A stretch of DNA of 63,145 bases, filler included, from Atractiella rhizophila (Eukaryota): assembly GCA_021432655.1 (NCBI GenBank). It is 7 parts of 7 records of this genome, joined end to end, with 100 filler letters (N's around TTAATTAATTAA, not from the genome) between each part and the next. Parts side by side here need not be neighbours in the genome. Positions count along the whole stretch, not along the records: positions 1 to 13,715 come from MU271404.1; positions 13,816 to 20,588 come from MU271408.1; positions 20,689 to 34,617 come from MU271409.1; 4 more parts are not named here. One strand, given 5' to 3'. A program made the position numbers and the translations under genes. The notes under the pieces are model-generated. The model worked only from the letters and a program-made list of their open reading frames with translations. It ran no database searches and was not told where the DNA came from. This document shows positions 13,282 through 26,695 of this stretch, one piece after another (positions within the stretch are counted from its first letter, which is position 1; every line of letters begins with the position of its first letter).

Positions 13282-13715
13282 TCACTGTAAGAGTTGTAGG
13301 TAATTCGAAGGAACGATACCGCTTGTTCCGTCCGCCTTCCTCGCTTGCCACCACTTTCCGCTGCTGTCCGTAATCTATCATTGACATTCGTCAGTTAACA
13401 CTCCCCTAGATGTAAGAACACCCACATCTAGCACTTCTCCCTTGGCGAAGGAAATCTCATTTGGATCGTCGGCTGAAGCGTTGTCTGGTCGCGAACAAAA
13501 GCCTCAGAATGAAAACGATGTGAAGAGTTGTTCCGTCACTCACAAGCATACATCGCCTTTGCTTTCTTCCCAAACTCGTCCTGCGGGGGCGTCCCATTGC
13601 CACCGCCACCACCAATACTCTGTGCTCCACTCCTAACACTGGCGCCACTGTTCACCGGTGCGCTTCCCATCCCCTGTTCCAATCCTCTCGGCTGCTCAAT
13701 GACGCTGATGGTGCT
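13282..13715 (-). CDS. SHO1: Sho1-type osmosensor, C-terminal SH3 domain (5' part lost at linker)
   Basis: Not in the ORF track. Three exons splice to [58 protein letters not shown], matching the Sho1 SH3 signature. The TM region is not visible. Confidence 0.8.
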
Positions 13716-13815
13716 NNNNNNNNNNNNNNNNNNNNNNNNNNNNNNNNNNNNNNNNNNNNTTAATTAATTAANNNNNNNNNNNNNNNNNNNNNNNNNNNNN
13801 NNNNNNNNNNNNNNN
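13716..13815. other. Artificial contig linker
   Basis: N44-TTAATTAATTAA-N44, with stops in all six frames; occurs identically six times in the window. Confidence 0.97.
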
Positions 13816-14709
13816 GTCATCACCGATCATCAGCCGGACAAACGCCGACAAGACCTGTAGTTTGAACTACCGGATAGTGCACCAATGCTTCCTTGCCATT
13901 GCCACCACTACAATTTAGCACCAATCAAGATGGACTCCAAGCCGCCTCGCCCTTCTCTGTCCATCCAATCACCAGACTTAAGTCACTTTTCTGGAATGCG
14001 AGGTGGTGGGCAGGAAGAATTAAAAGTGACACCTCACTCGCTCATGCAACTCCCACCGCTCCCGAGTAATTTCTTGAGCGAACGTGACAGAAAGGCGTAT
14101 TTTGTACGTGCCTCATTTTGTGTCACTTTTTTCATTATAGATAGTCTTATTTCCGCCAAACTGCTTTTTATGACTCCAAGCTCTGACCATCCAAATGTCT
14201 TTGAGAGCACATGATAAAATAGCTCAAGGAGCTGTCAACTAGCTAAGATACTTTGAAGGACAATGCCGAATATTATTTGAACCTTCCTGTTTGCAATACC
14301 ATGTTAGAGAGCGGTCTGCTCAGCGAAATTGAAGAATCAAAGCAGAGGTTGTACAGTTGTTAGACTTGCTTTAAACGCTGAGGCAAAGGTATCAAATCAT
14401 TGCGAAAACCGAAGCAATTTATAGTACAGTGTATAGAGAACTCTTTTACCCGTTGTTATATATGAAAATATTGTCGTTACGTCAATATTCATGTGAAACA
14501 AGGCTTTTCTACGCAAAGAGTCAGGCACAAATGATGACCAGATTGGCAGTTGTAGTGTTAGAGGTAAGAGTGGGCCGCAGATTTCAAGCGCGCTCCATTC
14601 TCAACCGAAATTCTCAAAAAGAGGAATTATCCTATGAGCTTTCTACCAGATTAGTATCGGCAGCCGAATGATCACAAGTTTGCAATGCAAGTCTAACCCA
14701 CTCCTCCAG

Positions 14710-15414
14710 GACGGTCTAGACTACGGTCGTGAGCGCACTCTTCTCCATCGCGGCTTAACCTCCGTCTTTTTCCTCTATCTCTCCGGCTCTCTCCTCTTCC
14801 GCTCCCCCTCAACATTTCCCAACAACACATTCTTCTTCCGCTGGCTCTTTCGTCTCCCCGCCTCCCACCAATCGCTCCCGAAAACAGACTCGCCGCATGG
14901 AGCTGCGTTGGACCGAATGGTCAAGAGGAATATGTTGGGCAGGAGGGTGCTTTTTACTTTGGTCACCGTGGGACCGCTCTGGCTGGCGGATTGGAACTGG
15001 CTGAGTAGACAACATGGAGCTAGGTAAGTCCGCGCACCCTTTCCATTTCCTCTACCAAAAGACCAATCAATGATGGTAACCCTTGACGTCCTCAGAGCGG
15101 CTACGCGATATCAGCTCGAGCATGCTTCTTCCCCTTCCTCCCTCGTCGAGGCAACAAAGCGTCTAATGGGTGCCGACCTGAGGCACATGATGGAGATGGA
15201 GGACATTCTGCACAAGCACATGGTGGAGAATTACGAACTACAAAAACACCTCTTTGGGACTGTACCGATAAGGATCAAGGTGGGACTATTGGAGTTGAAG
15301 ATGAGAAGGAATGCGAGGTATGGACGACCGGATGATTTTGGGGAGGATGAGTTGGGGAGGGAGCTGTATGATCAGTTGACTAGGGAGGGAGTTGTTGATA
15401 TTCAAATTGCGTAG
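14710..15414 (+). CDS. Hypothetical protein, start uncertain
   Basis: Two open exons joined by a GTAAGT...CAG intron (~15024-15095), with hydrophobic segments followed by a helical C-terminus. No recognised domain. Confidence 0.4.
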
Positions 15415-15794
15415 ACGACGATGCGCAATGGAATTGCAGCCAACTCCAATCCGCTTGCCTACGTGATGCTAGAAATGTTGGAGGATTGTCTGATGGACTG
15501 GAATACGGGATTTCAGACTTGAGTTTTAACATCGAACTGGACTTCGGCAAGATACTAATTTAACACCCCGTTAATTGCATTAATTTGAGGTACACTACAA
15601 GCAATGGGATATAAAGATCACGAGTGAACTTGAGAAGCTTTCGTGTACAACAACATGCTAAGGAAATAAAGATAGGAGACAAATCAAATAGTATAATCGT
15701 GCAGCATGAAAATGAGGAGAAAGAGAAGCAGAAAAATAAAACAAAATAGGCGATCGATTATGATCGCCATAAGCAACTGCACAAAATTGGCAGT

Positions 15795-16936
15795 TCAGGA
15801 GCTCGAAGAGGACCTTGTGGTCGTCGTTGACAACAAAGCGTTGTCATCACCGTAAATATACTTATCGTCTTCAATCATAAGCTCTATGTGATCTGCAGCT
15901 GACATTGGTCCCAACTCGCGGATGGCTCGAAGGATCCTGTACTTCAATGGACGTGGTTTTTTACCCTTCTGCCTTCTGTCAGGAATGTCGTCCGAAGGCT
16001 TTGCGTAAGGCAGGAGCGCTTCATTTCTTCCGGCACGAGAGTTATACCCAGCTATGAAGTTTTTCTGCTTTGAGCTTCTATTGCTGGAGGAGGGGATGAC
16101 AGGAACTTACAGAAACGGGGTAGGTCGTCGAACTCGACAGCGCCAGATGTTCCTGACTTGGGATGGTGCCACAACACTACCACAGAGTACTTAGGCCAGT
16201 GAGGACAGGAAGGTGAACCTCACCTTGGCCGTATGTGTACTTAGTGAAGTAAACCTCCGTGCCATTCCAGAAAATATAATAAAAGCAGTCTTCAGCTTCG
16301 TTGTACTTTTGTCTCAAACGTTCCAGTGTGGAGGGGAGCCACATATTCCTTCCACGCGGCGTGTTAAAGAATTTGAGCAAGAGAGGCTCTCGAACAATTT
16401 CAAAGACCTCTGTGATGGTGTCCCAATTACCCACGGAGAAATACTAAAGATACTGAAGGAGGAAGACTCACGAGGGGATGGGATAGGTTTCTCGGCAGTT
16501 GTCGCGAATTCTTCGTTGCATTTCGGAAGAATGGAAGTCCACACTGAAGGTCAAGTTGTCACTTCCATTTCTCCCAAAACAAAAGCAGCTCACCTCCGGA
16601 CTCCGCCTCCAACCATACTTCTATCACACCCTCTTTGTTCTTCTTCGCCTGAATCCTCTTTGGAATCTCGTCATTGTTGATCGGCTCTGTACAAGCCCTC
16701 CGATTCTCATTGTAAGCTTTCATCTCCGCGATGGCCGACAGCACTCCACTTTCTACATTTTGCAGAATCTCTCGCATTTCATCGCCCATAACCCTAAGCC
16801 GCTCATATCCCTGGTTCATTTCCTCGTAATCTTCACGTATCCGTCGAATTTCTGCCATATGCTCGCGAGAGAGGTTGGCGTATTGGAGACGATCGAGAAG
16901 ATCGTGCGGAGTCAATGTTATCAATGACGCTGACAT
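15795..16936 (-). CDS. Orphan spliced hypothetical protein
   Basis: Four canonical introns (GTGAGC, GTGAGT, GTGAGG, GTAAGT donors) join ORF pieces into one frame, MSASLITLTPHDLL...STTTTRSSSSS*. Confidence 0.5.
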
Positions 16937-17546
16937 CCTGAAATTGTGGTTGGAAGATTCGCAAGCAATTCTGAGTTCAAACAAAGTAACAGCAATGATT
17001 GGAATGGGATTCTGAGCCGGATTCTTGGGAGGCTTATATTGATTTGTTGTTGTTTTGGACAGTCGCGCCCCCAGAGTCCCAGCCCCCAGAGTCATGTTCA
17101 CGTGAAGTCGGGATAACATGGGAGATGGGAGCAAAGGGGCTTTCAACCTGTTGTATAAAAGTGCTTGCCTCTTTGATGTGGATTATCGCCCAGAAACACT
17201 CAATCCACCACGCCAAAGATATATTTTAGCGGGCTCGTATCGTTGACAATTCACGATCGAGTTCACGGTCTAAGACTCGACAATATCCTATACTTTCAAT
17301 TTGGTAGATTCCACACCCACTCAATCAATTGAATATTACAACTAAAAAGCAAACTTTTCAGGTTCACGATTTTCTCTCACACCTGCACTTTGAACCATCT
17401 CTTCGTCAAGAACTCAGTCTTATCTAAACCTTATGAACATCTGCGCTTCACGGGCACTCGCACTTCTCCCTTCATCAGAAACCCTGCCGAAGAATTTGAA
17501 ACGTCCAGCTGATTCTCTGCTTTTTCCGAGTCCCGCCGCGTCTCCA

Positions 17547-18717
17547 ATGGACCAGCAGCCTCCATCGCCTCGTGAAGAGTGGGTAATCTGCATAGTCGAT
17601 TCCATTTTAAACGCTCATCGCGAGGAGGACCGTCAAGAGATCGAACGCTTGCGCCACGAGCGAGATGATAATTTCAGGATGTATAACGAGGCTGAGCGTA
17701 ACTTTTCCAGTCTTTACCGGTTTGTCTCTGGGGTCAAAGTCTTGTCGGGGAGAAGCTTGATTGCCGAATGGAAGGCTTCATTGAAGGAAAACGGCGAGTC
17801 AGCGACTTCCGCTGTTAAAAAGGAGGATCTCAAACTGGATCTTCATCAGGTTAAGCAGGATTTGAAAGGTACAAAGAACCTCTGCAAAATGCTGGAGAAA
17901 GAAAATGACGCCCTGAAGGAAGAGAACAAGAAGATAAAGAAAGAGAAGACAAAGCTTCAGCGTTACTTCCATGCGCACCGAGCTGAAACGCGGCGATCTC
18001 TGGACGATTACTGGGAGAGACGCCATTCTTACAGAATGCCAAAACTTTTGTCTCGAATCAGGTCTCTGCTCACCTTTCAAAGGATCACGATGTTATCCCC
18101 TCCCTCCTCGCCAGATCCGTTCAACGTGCCAGAGACTGCAATGGTGTCCTTCATGGACAAATTAGCCATTATGATAGTCAGGGAAGGTTTGTATTTTATT
18201 CCATCATCCCACTTTCGAACGCCAAATTTTCCGGTAGTGGTGCGTTCTTCGATCCCCGATCCTAATTCTCGATATGGTGGCAAAGGTTTGTCTCCTACTT
18301 TCAACTCTGCTGCTGGCTTCTTCTAACCGCAATAATAGGCCCGGTCGAAGACGAGGATCCCGGCGCGGATCGATTTGTTCAGCTCCTTCTTCGCGACGAA
18401 CTTTGGAACCGATACCTGCTTGCTCGTAGACACGAAGACACAGAGGATCGCACTCCGCCTGAACACGTTCTCACATTAGGAGGTGCTTTTGCAAACGGGC
18501 TCGTGGAGCTGTGCAAGTTTCCCCGCGCTTTGACGTCAGAAGAGAAGGAATGGCTGTTGGACCTGCTCAGAGCAAAGTTAAGCAAGGTGAACGTAGTGGT
18601 AGAGGTAGGCGGCGGGTGTGTCAATCTCTCGCATCTTTTACTACATCTTTATCTGACATCACAACGTTATAGATCGCGGGCTGCCTCAACCTCAAGGTTG
18701 GAAGATACGCAACCTGA
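17547..18717 (+). CDS. Orphan coiled-coil protein
   Basis: A long first exon with a heptad-rich segment (LKLDLHQVKQDLKGTKNLCKMLEKENDALKEEN) and two introns give an open frame ending IAGCLNLKVGRYAT*. Confidence 0.5.
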
Positions 18718-19957
18718 TGAGACTGGAAACAGTCTATCTTCTTCACAGTGACCATCTTCGCCATCACATATATGGATGCTTGCATGCGCAAGCTTACGTT
18801 GGTTTGGTTTCGTTCAAGTCTCTGAGTAATTCTTGACGCATTGTTGAGCATTCTCATCGTTCAGCATCTTGTAGAACTGACTGTATTTTCTCTTCCTCAG
18901 TGTAAGATGTGTTACGTTACAACAATACAATTGTTTTCTTGGAACTTTCGCAGTTGTAAACATGAGAATAAATCGTTGTATTCCTGAACCTGAGACAACC
19001 TGCACATTGTTCTCGACATAGTCAACAAGGTCCCTATCATAGACTCTTCGCATCTGCGTGATGAGCTGTTTCAGCACGTCACCAAAACCGACAGCATCAA
19101 GATTCAGGTTCTCTCCGCAGGTACTGAGGAGGAGCGAAGTACAGGTAGGAAATGATGGTACAATTGGACGATATCATCTTCATAATGAATTAAACATCGC
19201 AGAAAAGGTGACTGAACGGCCTAATAAACGGCGAAAGACACTCCGTGCAACTCAGCTCCTCTGGGTACAGGCATATAATTAGATGAAATCTTCCTCGACT
19301 TTTCGACTTTTGTGGAGCTTCATGTCGGCAGTGTCTTCAGGTTCGTCCGCTTTCATTATCCAGTGTCAATTCAGCAATTTTATCTGTCTCTTCAATAAGG
19401 ATGTCTTCTAGCAGTTGATGGTAGTCTCCTTCGCTCCCTCCACTCTAACCCGGCGTTAGAGCAGATCATGTAAGACTCCTCCAAACACCAATATCCTTGC
19501 GAGGGAATCGAAGAATCCTTGCAATGGGAGACAACTGTAAATAAGGCGGAGAACCTAAGGAAGTTTCTTCGGTTCACTCCAATAACTTCAGACCCATCAA
19601 ACACACAAGGAGAGGATGAGCGCGGACAAAGGAAGGCTTTCCCACATGCCAAATCCTACAACCAGCAGAAAACTCACAGAAAGCGGCGCGCTTGCTTCAG
19701 CAGGTCAACAGACTGCCACCATTTGATGTTCCTCCAATATCCAAACCCCTTCGTCGTTTGTTTATCAAGATCGGAAATGCATCAATCGTCCCGCTTTATC
19801 ATCATCTCCTTTTTAGTGAGGCATCGACGACCAGATATCTCTATCCCCTTCAGCGCGCGTCAGAACAACCGAGGACCCAAAGCAGTGCCATTACCTTTAG
19901 TATTACAGTCTCATCCCAGCTTGAGGTTCGCTTGCCTGTTACCTTCGGCTTCCCATC

Positions 19958-20588
19958 ATGTCCTCCTCCATCACCGCTCTACTTCACTCCAAACTCGGGA
20001 CGCCGTCACAGGATAAGGCGTATCCATGGCTGGGTTGGTTTATTTCTTGCCTCCTCTTTAAACGGCAGACAAGCTAATGCGTAGCCCCAAGGCGCTCCCA
20101 AACTGGGAATAGTGTGTGGATCTGGACTTGCTCTGCTCGAAGAGATCCTTGAAGACAAAGTAGAGATTCATATTCCGATCTTGACGACTTTCCCAAGGCT
20201 ACAGGTGCGTCTTCCTCTCTCGCTGTTGGGGAGTACTTAGATTGAAAACCTATAGTTGTGGGACATCGATCTTGTTTTGCTTTCGGATACCTTGCGTTCG
20301 GAGGGAGGAGAAAGGTTTCCAGTTATTTGTCAGCTAGGACGGTGAGTGTCTTCTTTCTTTGTGGCTGGGAAAAGGATGAAGAGTGATGGATTCTTCAGGT
20401 TTCACACCTATGAAGGTCATGCACCATCGAATGTCATTCTCCCCATCCGGCTCTTCCACAAACTCGGCGTGAAATCTGTTATCTGTACGGCATATCGCGT
20501 TCATGCTCTAGAAATCTATCTGACATTTGAACTAGTGACCAACGCAGCTGGTGGTCTCAATTCCTCTCTCAAAGTCGGCTCTGTCCTC
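19958..20588 (+). CDS. PNP1: Purine nucleoside phosphorylase, 5' part (cut by linker)
   Basis: KLGIVCGSGL, FP...VVGH, QLGR|FHTYEGH and VTNAAGGLN. Two apparent single-base frameshifts at ~20170 and ~20320. Confidence 0.9.
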
Positions 20589-20688
20589 NNNNNNNNNNNN
20601 NNNNNNNNNNNNNNNNNNNNNNNNNNNNNNNNTTAATTAATTAANNNNNNNNNNNNNNNNNNNNNNNNNNNNNNNNNNNNNNNNNNNN
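20589..20688. other. Artificial contig linker
   Basis: N44-TTAATTAATTAA-N44. Confidence 0.97.
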
Positions 20689-21515
20689 ACAGTTCACACT
20701 TCGTCTACGTCTCGCCTTCATCTACAGTCGCCAACGAATACTTCATCGTCAACGTCCCGCGCTCGATCCCTCTTCCCGCTTTAGAAAAAGTATTAGGGGG
20801 CACATTATCACGAGATGCAGCATTATCAGACGCAGAAACCGTGGGAGAACGAGATGTAGAGCTGTTCGGAGAGCCGTTACCCAACAGCTCCAGTTTCGCA
20901 GGGTCCATCAACCTCCGTCTCACGCTGTCACCTACGACAACGATGACTACTGGCAGAGGTGAAAAGAAGGCTGTGACGAAGCTCCCGCCCCCTGAAGACT
21001 TTTACGAACGCTCCCTCAAACGCCATCTCATTTCTCAGCGTCCCATCGACCAGGTCATGGAGTATGCTGATTCCTGGATGCGCGAATTCGATCTGCGAGC
21101 TTCCAATCCGTCTGCATCGTCCCAAGCTCCAAACGCAGGAGGAGGAGGCGCAGAAGGGGAGGGTAAAGACGACGACGGAGGAGGATGGACGCTCGTTCAA
21201 CGCGGAGGGTCCAAGGGTACAAACGTGGCTGGAGGAGCGAAGGTGATGAAGAAAGGGTTTGAGGGGAAGGAGAAGACGAGGAGAGGGAAAGGGAACAAGA
21301 GCGAGGGTGTTGTCGGGTTTTATAAGTATGAACATAAGAAGGCGACCGACGAACGTGAGCCTTTCACTTCTTTCTTTTATGGCTTGGGTTATGGGATGGG
21401 ACTTGTTGACTAATGGATGATGATGGTAGGTCTCGCTGGCATTCGAGAGAAGTTAAAAGGGGACGTGGAGAGAATGAAGAAGGGACGAGTGGAGAGAAAG
21501 TTCAAGCCATATTAG
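20689..21515 (+). CDS. RRP7: Ribosomal RNA-processing protein 7-like, 5' truncated
   Basis: DDDGGGWTLVQRGG, GFYKYE and terminal RKFKPY*, typical of the RRP7 C-terminal domain. One intron at ~21355-21429. Confidence 0.75.
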
Positions 21516-21597
21516 AATAGTTGAAACCAAAAGATTCCTTCCAAGCCGGTCGACCATGGCCGAATCCAAAGCTCATTAAACGCAGCAAGAGCAGTGT

Positions 21598-24186
21598 TTA
21601 TTCCGGCAATTCCCTCTCCACCAGCCTCTCCCACGTCTCCTTCCTCCACTCTCTCCCCTCCACCACCCTCCACAACCTCTCCTCCCCCGCCCCCATCGCC
21701 TCATACACCTCTTCCCTTCCCACCTCCGTCTCCTCCCCACCACCACCACCACCACCCTCCCGCTCCAGCGCCAGAACTGGACGTCGACAACAACGACTCC
21801 TTCTCCCTCCTCAACACGCTCACCACCCCCCTCTCCCTCCCATCCAACACCTCTTCCACCTCCTCCACCCCCTTCAACACCAGCAACCTCGACTCGAGGA
21901 TCTCGAGGAGGGCGAGAGCGAGACGGAAGAGCAGGGAATCGCCTTCGAGCAGGAAGACGTCGAAGAGTCGGACGGTGGTGTCGAAGGGTAGGTAGGCGCT
22001 GAAGGCGCTTAGGAGCCAGGGTCGGAGGTAGAGAGAGGGACGGATGGAGGTCGCTAGGAAGTGTTGGTATAACTGTTCCCACAAAAACCACAGCATTAGT
22101 TTCCCTGCGTCATGTTTAATAGCCATGCTCGATTCAGGTGTAAATTTTCGAAAGTAACGATCTCTATTGGGGATGAATGTACCTTGGGCAGATTGTCCGC
22201 GAGGATGGTGTCGAATATTCGATAGTATGCCTCGATCGTCTCCTCGTCGTTTGAGTATAAACATTTGAGGCAAGACTTGGATATGAGGTTGACGAGGGAG
22301 AGGAAAGCTTCAGGCGGTGATAAATTGAGCAACAAAAGTGCCGCCGGATATGCTGCCCCCTTGACCTATCATTCCCTTATGTCTCAGTACACCCTTCCAC
22401 TCTACAAAGACATAGACATAGCGGGGGGTAGGACAAACATAGTTCGGTCTCTCCTTCCAGAACACGCTCCAGGCGAGCAAGACCTCTCTCAGATCAGTAT
22501 ACATCGGACCTGTCTCCTTCTGAAAGATTTTGAGACCGACGAAGCAGGCGGAGATGTCTTCTTCTATCGCCGTGAGGACGTCGGGATCGAATTGGGAGGT
22601 GTCGATCAGGTTGAGGGCGTGTGATAGGGAGCGGGTGTAGGACGCTACCTGTGTTATTTAGCTTCTCCTTCTCTTCCAAATAAATGAAGAAAGATGATGA
22701 AATGGGATGGGATGGGAGAACCCACTCTTTCCGATTGCTAACGCGTTCCCGATGCATAGAGACCATAAACGTCCCCGGTGACGAGGTGGCATCGTGCCCT
22801 TCCACCAAAGGTCTCTTAAGTATTTCGAATGCGGTTCATCTCTTAGCACAATCTACAACACCATCGCTGATCTTCAAACACTCAATCAGTGATGAGATGA
22901 GAGAAACCGACCTTCCAATTGGGCAACACCTCCCTCTCCCAACTCCCCCTCGCAGCATCCAACCTCATCTCCCTACTCATCCTTCTAAACTTCTTCAACC
23001 CCTCTTTCTCCTTCTCCAACTCCTTCGAAGCTCGCATCATCTCCTCATGCATCTTCAGATGCCTCTTATCTTCCAACGGATCCTTTGGCGGTAAGTTCCG
23101 CGGACGGGTCTTGGAAAGAACCTTTTGCAGAGGTGTAGGACCGGTGGATATTCGTTTTGAAGAGGAGGAGGGCTCAGAGAGCGATTGGCGTGGTGCGACG
23201 GAGATGGTAGTGGTGGTACTAGCGTTCGCACCACGAGAAGACGTGTCCTCCTCCTCCTCCTTCGCACCCTCCTTCCCATTCGCTCTTTCGCCTTCCTTCC
23301 CTTCACTCCACTCCTCCTCTTGATCCCTCCTTCTTCTCAGGCTTTGAGACCTTCTCCCTCTTCGCACCAGGACGTACGATGCCCATCACGCTACTCGGAC
23401 GCTTAGGACCGAAGCCTTCCATCTTCTTCTCTCGCCCTTCCTCATGTTTGAACGCCATCGACCCCGTGGATCCGTTCGAGAAATGGAGGTTGAGAGCCCG
23501 GGGACGGTGTTTGTTCGACAGGAGGTTCGGTGTGCGTTCGGTGAGTTGGCGGAAGAGTCGAGGGATACGTTCTCGAATGGGATGGACGAATCCAAGGTGA
23601 GATGAGGGGTAGACATGGAGAAAGGAAGGAGGGGTGCGAGCGAAGGAATCTTCTCCTCCAATGCCGAGAACTGACATCGCGTCTTCCATCTCCTCTCCCT
23701 CTTCTCCTTCTGAGGATGATGCCTCTTCACCATCCGGCCCTCTTCCCTCTGAACTGCGTGAGGGAGAGTGACGAGAAGACTCAACTCCGCGGGGCGTGTT
23801 TCCCTCTTCTTCTTCCTCCACAATCTCCTCCAAAGCCTCAATCGCGCTCCTCCCACTCCCATTCGCATTCCTAATTCCATGCCCATGCTCTCCATTCTCC
23901 GGTGGACCAGGATGCAACTCCGTTCCCTTCTCCTTCTCCCTCTCCTTGGGTGATCCATGAAAGTGCTCCCTCGCTGGAGACTGAAACTGGTCCGACAGCG
24001 CTGAACACCCACATACGCCATCGCCAGTACAATGAGCATGATCGAAAGGTCTAGAAGGAATAGTATGAAGGGAAACTCACGTCGGAATCCTTGGTTGCGT
24101 GTTCGCCCATGCGTTCGCTGGGACTCGTTGGAGGATCTTGACGCGGAGGCAGCCGAAGAAGGGGAGATGGGCGACGGGGGTTCCAT
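21598..24186 (-). CDS. Rab-GAP/TBC domain protein (TBC1D12/14-like) with degenerate catalytic fingers
   Basis: LWWKGTMPPRHRGRLWSLCIGN, DLREVLLAW, PEAFLSLVNL and VRLFDVFLLEGDSLLFRLALALL. Apparent frameshift in the G-rich run near 21740. Confidence 0.85.
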
Positions 24187-24406
24187 TGCTGATTAGCTAT
24201 AAAGGTTGTTCGTGGCTTTGCTCTCTGATAACTGAAGTATAGTGTGAGAGCATTCCCTTTGCTGGTCGTCTGGGACTTTGCTCCGAAAAGCTGTTGAGAT
24301 TTCCAAGTTCAAAACAACCAACTACAAATAATATTCTCACTCTTCACTCCATTCAAGCCATTAATACTTGCCCACTCAGCCAGACCCTGTGCACCAGCTA
24401 ACGACA

Positions 24407-26695
24407 ATGTCCTCGCGCAAACGTCCCGTCGACGACGCCTCTCCCTCCCTCCGCGTCCAAAGCGTCCCAAAAACATCAACTCCAACGCCTTCCTCAGCAG
24501 GAGGAGCGGGCGACGTCTCTGCACAGGCCATGGCAGCCCGCCAAGCCTTCCTCTCCAAATTCAGCGCCATGACCACAGGCAAGGGGCCATTGGGACAGCA
24601 TCTCACTTCTCTACCTACCCACCCTCAATCCGAACCACCATCAACAGCAACAGCAACAGCAGAAGACGGTGCTGCCTCCGGCTGGAGCTGCAGCGGGGGG
24701 ATTGGACTTGGAGGAGATGAGGAGGAAGGTGGAGGAGGCGAGTAAGAGGGTGGCGAAGTTGGCGGCACCCAAGAATTTGAATCCATACCTCGTACGTATT
24801 CTTTCTCTCACCTTGACATGAATCGGTTGGGTTGATGCTCATTCGGATGGCGCGGTGTTAGAGCGAAGCGTCCAGAAAGGCGGCGGAACAAGCTACTCGT
24901 CTGGCTACCGCTAATGCCTCCTCAGCCGGTCCAGCGCCGGGACGGTCAGGTCTAGACATTGCTGCTCACCCCTTACTCATGAGCGACTCCGCCTCGACTG
25001 GTACTGTTGTGGGAAAGAAGAACGACAGGTACAAGCCCATGGCTCCAAAGTTCGCAACCACAAAGGTGTGTCCATATTTCATCCTTCATTCTCCGCGTTG
25101 GATAGGACTGGGATTGATGGATGCACGATGGACAGGCCAACGCTCGCGTCCCCACTGCACCTGTTCTGGTCGTGCAAGAGAAGAAGGAAGATTCTCCGGC
25201 TGTTCAGCCGATGGGTAAAGATAATCCATACTTTGACTCGTCATTGGGAGATGGAGGAATGCCGAAGGAGAGAGGGACGGGGAGGAGGGCGGTGTTGAAA
25301 TTCAATCAGAAGGGAAAGTGGGTAGCCTTGGGAGAGAGCATGAGAGCTTCCGTACGTCCCTTCCTCTACCTTGAAAGTTCACTATTAATTGTTGCTCTTC
25401 GTTTCGGTGTGGCTGACAGGCACGAATGGAGGAGCTGAAGGCGAGGATCGCTGAGACATCGAAGAAGGCGGGAATCGAGGAAGACCTAGCGGTGGAGGGA
25501 AAGAAGATACTACGACCCTTACCTCCTGAAGTAGAATGGTGGGACGCCCCTTTCCTCCCTTCCAAAATGTACTCCGACGTCTCCTCCGGCCTCGCCAGGG
25601 CGGTTGTCTTCGGAGAAGTAGAAGGAGAGAAGGGGGTTGATAACCTGATCCAGCATCCGATATTATTAAAGGTGAAGGATGCGGGCGATGGAGAGCCGAG
25701 GAAGATGTTTTTGACCAAGAAGGAGATGAAGAAAATGAGGAGGTTGAGGAGAGGGGCAGAGTTGAAGGATCGTCAGGATAGGGTCAGAATGGGTCTTTTG
25801 CCTCCTGATCCTCCAAAAGGTTCGTCCCCCTTCTCCTCCCCCTGGAAGAGTAGGCGTTGCTAATGAGTGAAACAGTGAAACTGAGCAACATGATGCGAGT
25901 CCTCACTTCTTCCGCTGTGGCGGACCCCACACGCATCGAGATGTCAGTTCAGAGGGAGATGCAGTTGAGGGCGAAAGGACACGAGAAAGCCAATGCGGAG
26001 AGGAAGTTGACGGACGAACAGAGGAAGGAAAAGGCAGAAGAGAAAAGGAGGGAGGATGAGAGACGTGGTGTTTGGGCTGCTGCTTTCAAGTCCGTCTTTC
26101 TCTGCATACTCCCCTTCTCTATTCTACCCACCCAAGTGGTTTGATTCACCGATGCTTTTGGGGGAGCAGAGTACGCTGGCTCACGAACCCATCTCATAAA
26201 TTCAAAGTGCGGAAGAACGCTGAACAGCTAGGTCTGACCGGCATGGCCATATTTTCTTCAAAGTTCTCGCTAGTGGTTGTGGAAGGCGGAGCGAAGGGAT
26301 TGAGGAAGTATAAGAGGCTCATGTTGGAGAGGATAGAATGGACGGAAGAGGCGGTGCCCCGTGCTGGGGATGGTGAGGATGAAGGAGAAGATGGAGAGGG
26401 AGGAGGAGGGGGGAGGGAGAAGAACGCGAATGAGGAAGGATTGGAGGTGCCTGACTCTTTGGCAGTAAGCCATTCCTGCCTATCTCAATTGATTGTTACG
26501 ATGCTGACGATTGATTTGACATTATAGGACAACACATGCGAGATGGTATGGGAAGGTCAGATGAAGGAGAAAAGGTTCAAAGGCTTCAGAGCAAAGATCT
26601 GTCCTACGGATTCGATGGCGAGGGATCTGTTGGGGACGAGGTTGGAAGGAGTGTGGGATGTCGCGAAGAGGTGGACTGGGAAGCAGGAAATGTGA
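24407..26695 (+). CDS. PRP3: U4/U6 snRNP splicing factor Prp3
   Basis: PPEVEWWD, IQHP, LTKKEMKKMRR, RMGLLPPDPPK|VKLSNMMRVL...DPT, NAEQLGLTG, VVVEGG and CEMVWEG. Apparent frameshift at ~24620. Confidence 0.93.

Noticed and set aside
13760..13771. TTAATTAATTAA palindrome recurring six times, as a repeat or regulatory element
   Set aside because: Always centred in exactly 100 nt of N padding; a synthetic linker.
21521..21995. Pro/Ser/His-rich plus-strand ORFs
   Set aside because: Antisense shadows of the purine-rich TBC coding strand.
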